A stretch of DNA of 64,000 nt from Octopus vulgaris (GCA_951406725.2 OX597826.1:13764001-13828000); one strand, 5' to 3'; numbered from the stretch's first letter, positions 27,342 to 42,168 are shown. Numbers and translations: made by a program. Notes: generated from the letters alone by a model not told the origin.

Positions 27342-28558
27342 TACATGCTGCGATGGGTAACTTGTCGCCATTTTAAATTAATTTCGCGCATGTGCAATGT
27401 TTGAGAACCGACTGTGAAAAAAGCAGTGCAATGATGCAATTTGCTCTGTCAGAAATTTGGAAACGACATGCTGTACTGCTTGATATTCGCACCGGAAGCT
27501 CCAACACTAATATTTCAGAGTGTTTGGGTGTCGATCCGAGGACAGTACAAAGGATTCGGAAAAAGTTGAATGAGTCTGGTGGTGATTACGAATGTACGGC
27601 AGCTTGGAGAACTAGCTCTGATCGTTCTGATAAGAAAAGAACTCCTGAATGTGTTGGTGAAATCCAGGCCACGTTTGACAACGATCTCTCCAAGTTAATC
27701 AGGTACATCGCCATGGACATGGTAGTGTCTGAGTTTCTTATCAAGTAGGTAGTGCATAAAGACATTTGGTATTCCTCATACAAGATGAAAAAGATGAAAA
27801 AGGAACAATTTTTATTCCAAGCTATCAAGAACAAGAGGAAAGACCACGCCTCGATGCTTTTAAACAAACTCAAGCATCCCTTCCCACCGAACATGCTTTG
27901 GTTTTTCTCAGACGAGAAAAATTTCTGCCAGAATCAGATTGTGGACACACGGAACAACCGTTGGTTTGGTGTGTCCCAAAACATGTACCGAGAGTGATAA
28001 AAATCAAACATCCAGTCAACATCATGGTGTTTGGAATGATCATTAGTGATGGCAACGTTATGCCTCCATTCATCTTCCACACGGCATCAGACTACATCAG
28101 GAGGGTGACAGCTGGAAAACCCTGTCTGGCAACAGGACTCTGTACCATGCCACACAATCAGGGGAACCCAGTCATAGCTGTGAGATAATTTCTGCGACCA
28201 CATCACCCCTATCATCTGGACACCTAATTTCCCAGACTGCAAAGCCTTTAATTATTGTGTGGGGCGCAGTTGAACGAGAGACCAACAAAACTCCTTGTAA
28301 CACCAAAGATAAACTGAAAGCAAGGATTATGGCAGGATTCACCAACGTAAAGAAGGACACAGTCCAGAAGAGTTGCAGGAGATTCGGAAGTCGTCTGGAT
28401 GCCGTAGTCGAAGCTAATGGCGATTTTATTGAATGAATTTACTCTTTAGTGTTTCAAGTTATTTTTATGTAATTCTGGACAGTGTAATTTTGTATAATTT
28501 TAGACAGTTTTATTTTCATTTTAGCGTAATTTAGACGACAATTTATTCGCTGCACCGT
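27342..28558 (+). mobile_element. Decayed Tc1/mariner-superfamily (DD37D/maT-like) transposon
   Basis: HTH region ISECLGVDPRTVQRIRK; FFSDEKNF, WQQDSVPCH, WTPNFPDC..FNYCVWGAVE; imperfect TIRs TGCTGCGATGGGTAACTTGTCG / CGACAATTTATTCGCTGCA. Confidence 0.8.
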
Positions 28559-29000
28559 GTATGTATGTATGTATGTATCTATGTATGTATGTATGTATGT
28601 ATGTATGTATGTATGTATGTATGTATGTATGTATGTATGTATGTATGTATGTATGTATGTATGTATGTATAAACCCCGTCCATATTTCCGGTTTCGTTGC
28701 ACCTGTAAAAGCGTTGGACAGTGTCGCTTCCTACAGACAAACCAAATTTTTTTTTTAAATGTGGAAATGAATATTATGTATGTTGATTAGCGCTGTGGGA
28801 TGGTTTTCTTTGCTATTTGAAGCTACCCACATTATTAAACCTTTGCCTCTACTTCATCAGATATACTCGATCTAATATGTAAGAAATGTTTAAACGATTA
28901 CATTAATGTTCTCTCGGTCTCCCTCCCTCTGTCTTTCTCTTTTCCACTCTCTCTCTCCCTCTTGAAGTCTCTTAATCTTTCTTCAAATTCGGTTGAATAG

Positions 29001-29159
29001 ATATAAAATGCGACGTACCAAGAATTACAACTAAGCTAAATGATACGCCAAAAAACTGCACCCGAAAAATTCTCTGCAACTGGATGAGGTTTCCTAAAGT
29101 TCAGATAATAAAATTTTGCGCACCTCGTAAACGAATGGAAAATGGCACGATAAGTTTTG
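29001..29159 (+). CDS. Exon 6: degenerate Cys module (CCP-like start CxxP)
   Basis: Pyrimidine-rich upstream + GAATAG|, TTTG|GTAAGT; 159 nt open, phase 1-1; HIKCDVPRITTKLNDTPKNCTRKILCNWMRFPKVQIIKFCAPRKRMENGTISF. Confidence 0.7.
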
Positions 29160-29326
29160 GTAAGTTTAAGAATTAAAGTTCTTCAATTTATTCATTTTCC
29201 TCAGATGATCGATTGGTTTATTTATTCAGCACATTAACGAATTGACCACTCAATCAATGAAACAATCAATTCTGTGTATTCCATATGTATACGTGAATGT
29301 GTGCGTGTGTTCAGCCCAGGAACCGA

Positions 29327-29574
29327 TATTGTTGTGTTTCGGGACGATCAATGTTTTTATTTTTTTTTTGCCAAATAAACCTACGTACTATGTATTTTTT
29401 CCTTCACTCGTTTATTACTGTTCTTATTTTCTTATTTTCTTATTTTATCTTTCGTCACACATCTGTGACCTCTTCAGCGACACATTTTTCTTTTCGCGTG
29501 GGTTCTTGCTTCACTTACTCCATTCTGTTCTTCTAAGGTGTGTATCCTTATATGCGTATGCGTTTGTGTCCTTC

Positions 29575-29624
<50 letters not shown>

Positions 29625-29752
29625 CTTGTGTGTATGTCATATTTTTTACAGCAGTGTGGCCGTCCCCTCAGCAGCCCCATCTAATCACCCCCATTGTACT
29701 GCTGCTGATGGGAAGGTCACACTGCTGCTAAAAACTATGATACACACACAAG

Positions 29753-29793
<41 letters not shown>

Positions 29794-30052
29794 TCACAAA
29801 CAAGGACACAAGCACGTGCACACATAAAGTTACACACCTGAGAAGAACAGAATGGAGTAAGTGGAGCAAGAACACGAACGAAAAGGAGAATGTGTTGCTG
29901 AAGAGGTCACAGGTGTGTGTCGAAAGATTTCCGGACAATGGAGATGAGTTAAAATAATAAAATAAGAACAGTGATAAACGAGAGTAGAAGAAATATTTAG
30001 TTGGTGTGTGTTTATTTGGCAAAAAAAATGACCGTCCCGAAATACAACAATA
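29327..30052. repeat. Long imperfect inverted repeat (~310-bp arms)
   Basis: e.g. TGTGACCTCTTCAGCGACACATT...CTTACTCCATTCTGTTCTTCT at 29464-29534 mirrored at 29840-29911. Confidence 0.88.
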
Positions 30053-30284
30053 CTAAATATAATATCTGTAAACAAACCAGAAAAGGTTTGATATATATAT
30101 GCATACATATATGTGTGCATATACATATACGTTGATTTCTAAATTACAGTGAAATAACCTTGTACCTGTACAAGGAAACAATTCTCCATTGGTGAGAAAT
30201 TCAAAAAATAAATCCGAAATGCATACACTTGTATAGATAGATAGATCCAAGTCAGTATATACAGACACACATATACATATCATA

Positions 30285-30321
<37 letters not shown>

Positions 30322-30328
30322 GTATATA

Positions 30329-30361
<33 letters not shown>

Positions 30362-30381
30362 ATATATATATATATATATAC

Positions 30382-30424
<43 letters not shown>

Positions 30425-30433
30425 TACATATAC

Positions 30434-30464
<31 letters not shown>

Positions 30465-30494
30465 CATATATATATATACATATATATATATTAA

Positions 30495-30829
30495 AGACCC
30501 CCTTCGGTCATGAATGACCATGGGATTGCACCTAGAAAGTTACCCTCCTAGACACAAGTCCGGGCAAGGTTGTTTATGGAAGACCAGCAGTCGCCCATGC
30601 ATACCAGCCTCCCCTCTCCACGCCACCAGTGTTATCCAAGGGAAAGACAAAGGTCGATACAGCTTGGCACCAGTGACGTCGCAACTCATTTCTACAGCTG
30701 AGTGAACTGTAGCAACGTGAAATAAAGTGCCTTGCTCAAGAACACAACACGCAGCCCGGTCCGGGATTCGAGCTCACAACCTCACGATCGTAAGCTCGAC
30801 GCTCTAACCACTGAGCCATGCGCCTTCAC
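30495..30829 (-). mobile_element. tRNA-derived SINE
   Basis: Minus head GTGAAGGCGCATGGCTCAGTGGTTAGAGC...GCTCGAATCCC. Confidence 0.82.
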
Positions 30830-30835
30830 ATATAT

Positions 30836-31168
<333 letters not shown>

Positions 31169-31296
31169 TTAACAATTAAAAATGAGGGTGTCTAAGAGAC
31201 ACGAGACACCAACATGCCGAAATAGCAGTCGAAATTCTGACTATAAAAACCACGTTAAGTGTTCATATCGTACCATGAGATAAGACAGAGGGACAA

Positions 31297-31341
<45 letters not shown>

Positions 31342-31344
<3 letters not shown>

Positions 31345-32450
31345 TGGCAGTATCACCCGGTGTTGCTTGGGTTTGTTTCGACCCTTTAGAATTGGAATTT
31401 TTGAAAAGTAAAAATTTTGCATTATGCAACTTGTTATTCTCTTCAAGTGAACATTTTTCCAGTTGAAATACACCAAAAAAGGGTGACACAGCAGTCAAAA
31501 ATCGTAAAAATTAGGGATTTTCATAGAAAAAAAGCACCTTTTTGATGTAAATAATTTGTCATGTTAACATGGTCCGATTTGAATTTTATCTTCTACAGAA
31601 TGAAGACCAAGCCTTCTTCTATCATACTCTCAATTTTGGTCAACTTGCGCTGCAGGGTCTTGAAGGAGATAATGTTAGTTGAAGGCTACCAAACCTGGCA
31701 CACACAGACAACTTCAGCTTTATATATATAGATTTTCTACACACTACTTTCCATCCTTAATAATGAAACTTGGTAGATCCAAAAGTTAAACACACAGACA
31801 CACACACAGATACACACACAGGCACACAAGTTGAGTTTTATATATATAGATTTCTCAACGGGGATTTCAGGGGAGAGTTTCAGGGAGTCGCTGGCGATGT
31901 ATCGTGATGATCACATATCCGTCCTGCTAAAAGTTGATTAAAGTGATTCAAACTGCAGACTCAACGCAAAATGGTCACATTTAATTCAAAGCGTTAAAAA
32001 TGTTATGAAAACAACTGGTATGTGTTCACAAAGTCCAAACGATTAATACGAAAAAACCCTCCACGCTACATCCCGAAAATTCATTTCTTTGCTGAATTTC
32101 TACAATGTTTACGGTGATTCGTTTTTATATCTTGATTTTTTATTTTTCATGCAATTTACGCATGCTTGCATGCGTGGTGAACACAGTTCACGTCAAACAG
32201 CTGACTGAGTAAAGTTCACTATTCAATGCATGGGATTGATACACAAACACATTATCGATTTTTGCACTTGCGAGATGAATTTCGGAACAGAAATAGCGCA
32301 GTTTAATTTTCATTCGCCTAAACTTTAAGTGACCCATTTTTGGTGGTTCTACGATTTGTTGGCTAGGAGGAGATGTGCCGGGAAGTTAAACATACGGACA
32401 CACACACAGATACACACACAGACACACAAGTTGAGTTTTATATATATAGA
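31342..32450 (+). mobile_element. Helentron/DINE-like non-autonomous element(s)
   Basis: Start TACTGGCAGTATCACCCGGTGTTGCTTGGG after (AT)n; 3' ends ACACACAGAC...TTTTATATATATAGA at ~31730, ~31850 and ~32450; same family inverted at 60980-61350. Classification is by resemblance only. Confidence 0.5.
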
Positions 32451-32969
32451 GATATCAGCTATAAGCTGGTGTAAAGAGAATCTTCTCCCGTATTTATTGT
32501 TAAATGCATGTTCCAGAATGCCTCAAATAAGTTGACATATTTATGAAGGTACGCCAATTTCCAGTCATAGTGAAACGTCTGATCAGATAAACGTAATACA
32601 GGTACATCGGGGGAAACTTAAGAATCCAGAAGATCGCTTAACCAGAAAACTTAAACCGAAGCTCAATTTTCGATGTCAACGTGCTTTATGGAAACATCTA
32701 AGAAACATCAAATGCTACATTTATATACTATGGGTTTTATATCCTGCTCAAAATCATTCTCCATCTTAAGTCACGTATATCTGACGGAGGGATTTCACCT
32801 AAAAGCTATTCTCTAAGAAATTCAGATGGCGACAGGGGAAAACTAAATGCTATTTTCGTCATTCAGCAAACGTTCACCCATCTGCAGATATTTGTTTTTT
32901 CTCGACATCTGACCATTATTTACTGTGATACCAAGTTACATTGTAGTGTTTTACATAATTTATTTACAG

Positions 32970-33048
32970 AAGGCGTGATGAAAATGGTGTGTGAAGTTTT
33001 TGATCGATTTTCGCTTGAAGCTAATAAAAGAAAACTCGCAGCTAGGTT
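32970..33048 (+). CDS. Exon 7: linker exon joining Cys modules to the repeat array
   Basis: TTTATTTACAG| and |GTAAGT; 79 nt; only the phase-1 frame is open (EGVMKMVCEVFDRFSLEANKRKLAARL); it ends in phase 2, matching the repeat exons. Confidence 0.72.
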
Positions 33049-34460
33049 GTAAGTATTGAAGCAGTCTAACAAATATCGTTCTATATTCACAATTATTTTT
33101 ATCTTTTACTTGTTTCAGTTGTTAGACTGCGGCCATGCTGAGGCACCGCTTTCAAGAATTTTTAGTCGAATAAATCGACCCAGTATTTGTATTTTTTAAA
33201 CCTGATATTTGTTCTATCGGTTCATATAATATCAATACAGATTTGAAACAATGGCCACCTTCCTTGCATGAGAAGTATAGCCCGCCTACACCGCCATTGA
33301 TGTTGAACTTTCCTGTAACGCTAAGCAGCTTGCGAATTCAAACACCTGTCTCATTCAGTCCTTGTACTAACCGGTTCAGAAGGCCAAACGTAGGCGTGAC
33401 TACAGGCACTACAAAGGTGTCGTGGGCAATCTATTTGTTGTAAGCTGAGAGTTCTGGTGACAATATTCTCTTTAATATTCATTTCTAGTTCACTCCTTAT
33501 TTATTTGTAAGCGACAGCAGATACATAAGAAAAAGGAGGAAAGGTGCAGAAAGTCCAAATAGTTTTTTCTCATGTAACTACTGTCGCTTACTTAGCAATG
33601 CTGTGACACCACATGACCTTTCTTGACCAATTGCAGCCCATCTTGCGGTAGCCATCTTGGATTTCCTGCACCTCTCCGTTTATTCGAATTTCCGCCAGCC
33701 TAAGGAAGAGGGCCTGTTAGGGGATTTGAAAGTTGAAGTAGCCCGGAATCGGAATCAAACAGTTTTGAACAGTCTATATACGCACATGAAATATAGTACA
33801 ATATAAATACAAAACAATATAAAATATTTTATATGTATACATATATGCTAATACACACACACACATACACATATATATATACATGCATATATATATATAT
33901 ATATATATAGATATAGATATGTATATGTATATACACACACATATATATGTATATATATATGTGTATGTATGTATGTATGTATGTATGTATGTATGTATGC
34001 ATGCATGTATGTATGTGTATGTATATATGTGTATGCTTGCATGCATGTATGTATGTATGTATGTATGTACGTACGTATGTATGTATGTACATATGTATGT
34101 GGTATAAACAGAATATAAAACATTTTACATGTATATGTATACTTATATATAATCATATCCTTAAATCCGTAAACCTTAAAAATGTCACACATTATATATA
34201 CATACTTTGTGTGTATCTATTCATTCATATTCATCTACATGCGTTCATATGTGCATACATACATACACACACCCATACATACACACACATATATACGTAC
34301 ATATATACATACATATACACACATACACATACCTACTTAAATACATGCATACATATATACATACATACATATAGAAGTTTATCATTTAAGTATATATGAA
34401 CATGTTTTGACATGCAACTTTACGCATGAGAATACATACAAAAAAGAAAATATACAAATC

Positions 34461-34494
<34 letters not shown>

Positions 34495-34499
34495 ATAAT

Positions 34500-34720
34500 G
34501 CCGTTGATGTTGAAATTCTAATGAAGGAGCCTCTGATCTAGGTTAGAAACCGGCTCTTTCTCCATTAGCCAGAGATCTAAAAATAAAACTAAATAATGAC
34601 ATACATACATACAAACAAGACACCCGGTTGTTGATGTTGAAATTCCAGTGAAGCAGCCTTAGATCTAGGTTAGAAACCGGTTCTTTATTAGCAAGAAATC
34701 TTGAAATAAACTGAATAATG
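34500..34720. repeat. Two tandem ~130-bp units
   Basis: GTTGATGTTGAAATTC...GATCTAGGTTAGAAACCGG...AAATAAACT repeated twice. Confidence 0.8.
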
Positions 34721-34763
34721 ACAAACATACATATATACATACATACATACATACATACATACA

Positions 34764-34797
<34 letters not shown>

Positions 34798-35063
34798 CAT
34801 ACATATATACATACATAAGTGTCTCATCTCAGAGGATACCCGAATCACATTCAGTCTGATTTACTTTAATCCTTACATGTGTGGAGATATGACTATTCAT
34901 GTTGCCATATATTCATCGCCATAGATCTTGATAAAATAAAAAACGGATCAACAAATAAAAAACCATACTGAGACATCTCTACGTTTTCGGTTTTAAGTGA
35001 CAAAAGTTTGTATGACACTTGCCACTATCTTGGTCGCAATATCAGGTTCCAATGACAAGCATT

Positions 35064-35299
35064 TATTTCTTTATTACCCACAAGGGGCTAAACACAGGGA
35101 GGACAAACAAGGACAGACAAGTGGATTAAGTCGATTACATCGACCCCCAGTGATTAACTGGTACTTATTTAATCGACCCCGAGAGGATGAAAGGCAAAGT
35201 CGACCTCGGCGGAATTTGAACTCAGAACGTAACGGCAGACAAAATACCGCTAGGCATTTTGCCCCGGTGTGCAAACGTTTCTGCCAGCTCGCCGCCTTA
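35064..35299. mobile_element. SINE-like insertion with 17-bp target-site duplication
   Basis: TTCCAATGACAAGCATT at 35047-35063 and 35300-35316. Confidence 0.85.
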
Positions 35300-35498
35300 T
35301 TCCAATGACAAGCATTGAAAGATAACTGGTACCAATTTCACTGCAAGTTTTATGTCAGAGTATCTTTCTCCTGGAAGAGATTCCTTCCCCACAGAATACC
35401 TGCTTATATATATATTTATACATAGATGCACGCACATACGCACTCATGCATACATACATACATACATACATACATACATACATACATACATACATACA

Positions 35499-35532
<34 letters not shown>

Positions 35533-35957
35533 ATAATTGTATATAGTATATATCATAATGATATTTAATCTCCGATTTTAGTTAATATATACTAAATTAG
35601 TTATTATACAGTTATTATACTATGAGCCTTCCGTAGAAGCTTTCTCTCCGTAACTCGCAAAGCCTTTCGGGTTTGTTTATAAAAATATTATTTATGTAGT
35701 ACATACATATATAGATACATACATACACACATGTATCTATTGATGGCACGGTGGAGATTTATAAGACGTTCCTAGAGTTCTCTAATCTGAGATTGTTATG
35801 TGAACAGATGCACACACATGGGTGAATACATCCACAGCTCGACCAACACACCAATTCAACCGCATATTTACAAATACTAAGAACTCTCTTAACTCAAAAG
35901 GCCTTTTCGCCTTCTTTGCGACCGGCTTGATATCTCTTAAGGCCTCAAAGTAAAACC

Positions 35958-36497
<540 letters not shown>

Positions 36498-36774
36498 GGT
36501 TAAAGGCATACATACATACATACATACATACATACATACATACATACATACATACATACATGCATGCATACATGTATACATACAAACATCCATCCATCTA
36601 TATATACATACATACGTACGTACATGCATGCATACAAACATCCATCCATACATACATATATACGTATGTACGTATATACATACATACCTGCCTGCATGCA
36701 CACATAAATGCATGTATGTATGCATACACACGTGTGCTTTCATGCATACATGTATATATATCTTTTCGTTTCAG

Positions 36775-36882
36775 GTTAGATTTTCAGGTTGGTGTTTGGA
36801 ATAACATTTTCACTACAGAAAAAGAAACGACAACGATGGCATTAGACATCGAGACCCCCGTTCCGACCAACGAAACAAACAG
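36775..36882 (+). CDS. Repeat exon R0 (divergent first unit)
   Basis: TTCGTTTCAG| ... AACAG|GTAATT; 108 nt, phase 2-2; LDFQVGVWNNIFTTEKETTTMALDIETPVPTNETN. Confidence 0.8.
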
Positions 36883-37042
36883 GTAATTTTAACCGTAGTA
36901 ACGTAAACAATAATGACATACATACATACATACATACATACATACATACATACATACATACATACATACATACATACATACATACATGTATGCATGCACA
37001 CGTGCGCTTTCATTCATACATGTATATATCTATTCGTTCCAG

Positions 37043-37150
37043 CAATGGTCCTCATGGTGGTGATTGGAATCAAACTTCCACTATGGAAATGGAAATGACA
37101 ACGAAGGTATCAAACAACGACGACCCCGTTACGACCCAGGGAACAAACAG
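37043..37150 (+). CDS. Repeat exon R1
   Basis: 108 nt, AG/GT; SNGPHGGDWNQTSTMEMEMTTKVSNNDDPVTTQGTN. Confidence 0.82.
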
Positions 37151-37450
37151 GTAATTTAACCATAGTGACATTACGTTAATTTAATGAGACTAGGCTGTCA
37201 TAATCTTGTTCAATAAAAATACAAGGGTGTGTCAGGTTTAAAGATCCATTTCAATGAAATCAGGCAATTTTTTTTCAAAATCTGACTGAATCGTGTGTCT
37301 CTTATTTAACTATGATGCTAAAACTAATAGATTTATGAATCTTCACTCAAAACTTTCAACATGTGCTCTGTCTGTATCAATGCAAATTACAAATCTATCG
37401 ATAGCGTTTCTATGTATATACGCACATGTAGATTATACACAAATATGATC

Positions 37451-37486
<36 letters not shown>

Positions 37487-38095
37487 GCATACATATATAT
37501 ATATATTAGTGTGCATGTGCGTGTGCGTGCAATAACTCGCACACACTCACAAACACTTACATCCACTTATGTTTCTGAACTGTAACACTATCGGTTACGA
37601 CGTTCATGATTCCAGTTGATACGTTCAACGGAATAGCTTCTTCTTCAAAATAACATGCAAGTGGCAGAAAACTCCATAGAGATGTGGAAACTTCATGAAA
37701 TCCTCAGAAAGATTCAGCGTGAAACAGAGTGTGACAAGGCTGGCTCTTCGAAATATAGTTGCAACACATTTTTCTCAGCCAAGTGAAGTGGAGCAATGTC
37801 AAAGCAAGTGTCTTGTCAAGGTCACAACGCGCCGCCGAGAATCGAACTCACAACTTTACGATCGTTAACCGAATACTCAAATCACAAATCTCACACCTTC
37901 TCTTATATACATATACATATAGATATATACACTCACATAAGTACACGAGAATGAATCAGAAAATAATGCCGTTTATATTTGCATCAGTTTTTGACTCAGC
38001 TTTGAGTAAACCAAGATGAGCCAAAAACTAATTTCGGTCACATTGCTTTCTGGTTCAACTTCGTCTGTATTGTGCGTGTATGGTTGCGCGCGCGC

Positions 38096-38163
<68 letters not shown>

Positions 38164-38441
38164 ACAATAGACATGCGTATACATATATGGTTATACATGT
38201 GTGGTTTACCCCGAAAAAAAGTCCTGAATTCGATTTATTCGATTAAAAAAACCCTTCAATAAAAGAAGCCTTGAAATTACTGAAACAAGTAAAAGGTATA
38301 AAGTATATATGCATTCAGACAGAAAGACATACATACATACATACATACATACATACATACATACATACATACATACATACATACATACATGCATACATAC
38401 ATGCAGCCATGAATGCATACACACATACATACATACATACA

Positions 38442-38474
<33 letters not shown>

Positions 38475-38575
38475 GCATGCATACATACATACATACATAC
38501 ATACATACACACATGCATGTATGCATACACACGTGGGCTTTCATTCATACATGTATATATATCTATTCGTTTCAG

Positions 38576-38683
38576 TAATGCTTCTCATGGTGGTGATTGG
38601 AATCACACTTCCACTATGGAAATGGAAATGACAACAAAGCTATCAGGCAACGAAGACCCCCTTACGACCACCGAAAAAAACAG
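38576..38683 (+). CDS. Repeat exon R2
   Basis: 108 nt, AG/GT; SNASHGGDWNHTSTMEMEMTTKLSGNEDPLTTTEKN. Confidence 0.82.
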
Positions 38684-39279
38684 GTAATTTTAAACAGAGC
38701 AACGTTAACCATAATAACACGACGTTAATTTAATGAAACAACGCCATTGTGTACAGGATGTGCCAGATTTAAGCATCAATTTCAATGAAATCAGGCAAAT
38801 AGTTTTCAAAATCTGACTGAATTGTGCGTCCGTCGCTTAACTGTGATACTAAAACTTATACAATTATTAATCTTATGTCAAAACTATACGAGAAATTTTA
38901 CGTCAAAATTACCACATGTTCTCCCTCTATATCACTGTAAATTTCAAATCTGTCGTTAACGTTGCTTTGTATATAGGCACATATAATGTTACAACACGTT
39001 TTAGTCACGCAATTGAACAGGAGCAATTTAAAAGTAAGTGTCACCACGCGCCGCCGAGAATCGAACTCACAACTTTACGATAGTTAACCGAAAATTCAAA
39101 TCACAAATCTCACACTTTCATGTATATACATATATAAATAGCTATATACACTGACATAATTACACGAGAATATGTCAGAAAGTTATGCCGTTTATATTTG
39201 CATCAGTTTTTGACTCAAACTAATTTGAATTGCATTATTTCTGCTTCAGCCTCGTCTATATTGCGCGTGTGTGGGTGAG

Positions 39280-39310
<31 letters not shown>

Positions 39311-39614
39311 CTTTGTGTTTGTCCCTTCACTACCACCGCTTGACCACTGCTGTTGGTGAGTTTCCTTTCTCTTATCTTAGATGTTCGGTAAAATACACGG
39401 TTCGAATAATAGGCGAAATAATAGACCTGATTTCGATTGCTTTAATTAAAAAAAACCCTTCCAGCCTCTAGTAAGGCACAGCAGCCTTCAAATGGGTGAA
39501 ACAAGCAAAATGTATATATACATTCATTTATACATGCATACATACATACATGCATGCATGCATCCACACGTGCTCTTTCATTCATACATGTATATATATA
39601 TTTATTCGTTTCAG

Positions 39615-39722
39615 TAATGCTTCTCATAGTGGTGATTGGAATCACACTTCCACTCAGGAAATGGAAATGACAACGAAGGTATCATACAACGAAGACCCCG
39701 TTACGACCCAGCGAACAAACAG
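39615..39722 (+). CDS. Repeat exon R3
   Basis: 108 nt, AG/GT; SNASHSGDWNHTSTQEMEMTTKVSYNEDPVTTQRTN. Confidence 0.82.
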
Positions 39723-39965
39723 GTAACGTTAACCATAATGACAAGACGTTACTTTATAGCGAGTTGGCTGTCATAATCTTGTTCAATAAAAATACAAGGG
39801 TGTGTCAGATTTATACATGCATACATACATACATACATACATACATACATACATACATACATACATACATACATACGTACGTACGTACATACATGCATGC
39901 ATACATACATACATACTTACATACATACATACATACATGCATACATACATACATACATGCATACA

Positions 39966-39999
<34 letters not shown>

Positions 40000-40065
40000 C
40001 ATACATACATACATACATACATACATACATACATACATACATTCATACATACACACACATACATG

Positions 40066-40097
<32 letters not shown>

Positions 40098-40149
40098 CAT
40101 GCATTCATACATAGACACACATACATGCATACATACATATATACATACA

Positions 40150-40183
<34 letters not shown>

Positions 40184-40969
40184 CATATATGCATGCATAC
40201 ATTCATACATACATTCATACATACATACATACACACATACATACACACATACATACATACATACATACATACATACATACATTCATACATACATACATAC
40301 ACACATACATACATACATACATACATACATACATACATACATGCATACATGCATACATACATACATACATACATACATACTTTCATATATACATACATAC
40401 ATACATACATACATACATACATACATACATTCATACATACATTCATACATACATACATACACACATACATACACACATACATACATACATACATACATAC
40501 ATACATACATACATCCATACATACATACACACATACATACATACATACATATATGCATACATACATGTATACATATATGCATACATACATACATACAAGC
40601 ATACATACACACATACATACATACAAAAATGCATACATACATGTATACATACATACATACATACATGCAAGCATACATACATATATGTATACATACATAC
40701 ATACATGCATATATACATACATGCATATATACATATACACATACATTCATACATACATACATACATACATACATACATACATACATACATACATACATAC
40801 ATACATACATACATACATACATACATACATACATACATACATACATACATACATACATACATACATACATACATGCATACATGCATGCATACATGCATAT
40901 ATACATACATACATACAAACGAGGACTTTCATTCATACATGTATATATATATATATCTATTCGTTCCAG

Positions 40970-41077
40970 CAATGGTTCTCAAGGTGGTGATTGGAATCAG
41001 ACTTCTACTTTAGAAATGGAAATGACAACGAAGGTATCAGGCAACGAAGACCCCGTTACGACCACCGGAACAAACAG
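40970..41077 (+). CDS. Repeat exon R4
   Basis: 108 nt, AG/GT; SNGSQGGDWNQTSTLEMEMTTKVSGNEDPVTTTGTN. Confidence 0.82.
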
Positions 41078-41397
41078 GTAATGTTAACCAGAGTAAAGTT
41101 AACCATAGTGACATTACATTAATTTAATGAGACTTGGTCGTCATAATCTTGTCCAATTAAAATTCGAGGGTGTGTCAGATTTAAAGATCCATTTCAATGA
41201 AATCAGGCAATTTCTTTTTCAAAATCTGACTGAATCGTGTGTCTCATATTTAACTATGATATTAAAACTAATAGATTTATAAATCTTACGTCCAAACTTT
41301 CAAAATATGGTCCGTCTGTATCACTGCAAATTTCAAATCTACCGTTAGCATTGCTATGTATATACGCACATGTAGATTATACACAAATATGATCTGT

Positions 41398-41583
<186 letters not shown>

Positions 41584-41602
41584 AAAAAGATATATATATA
41601 TT

Positions 41603-42166
41603 GGCAAAATTGTCTCGGGAGACAATGGATTTGCACATGAAGTAGTCTAGTCCGGCTTTTATATTTCATGTCCTGATACATTTCCTGCTGTGGCTGTGTA
41701 GTCCTCTCCTGGACAAACACTCCCTCTGGCAGGTACCGCAAATGTAGCGAAGACTGTTCCTGGCTGGTTGTAGTGACATAGTCTCTTGATTACGTCTCTT
41801 CCAAATCCTCCACATCAAATGGCAGAATCATATCCCCAACTAAGATGTCCTCAGGCAAGCAGGAATAACCAAGCATGTTTGCACTCCTCACACAAAGACG
41901 TATGAGATGGCTTGGGCATGTTAGCCGTATGAAAGATGGCAGAATCCCCAAGGACATACTCTACGGAGAGCTTGCTAGGGGTACTAGGTCTGTGGGTAGA
42001 CCGATCTTACGTTACAAGGATGTTTGCAAACGGGATATGAAGGCCTGCAACATCAATATTAGCGGTTGGGAGGCAGTTGCCGGCAACCGTGGAGAATGGC
42101 GACGTACAGTAAAAGAGGGAATACAAAAGAGTGACAGAGAGAGAGAGGAGAAATGGAAAGAAAGGA

Positions 42167-42168
<2 letters not shown>
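41603..42168 (+). mobile_element. RTE LINE 3' fragment (copy 1 of 3)
   Basis: LTQRRMRWLGHVSRMKDGRIPKDILYGEL...GRP.LRYKD, the RTE C-terminal motif. Confidence 0.85.

Noticed and set aside
32455-32830. Possible very old Penelope 3' fragment (…RKLKPKLN-like end, CTGACGG motif)
   Set aside because: Too degenerate to support as a feature.
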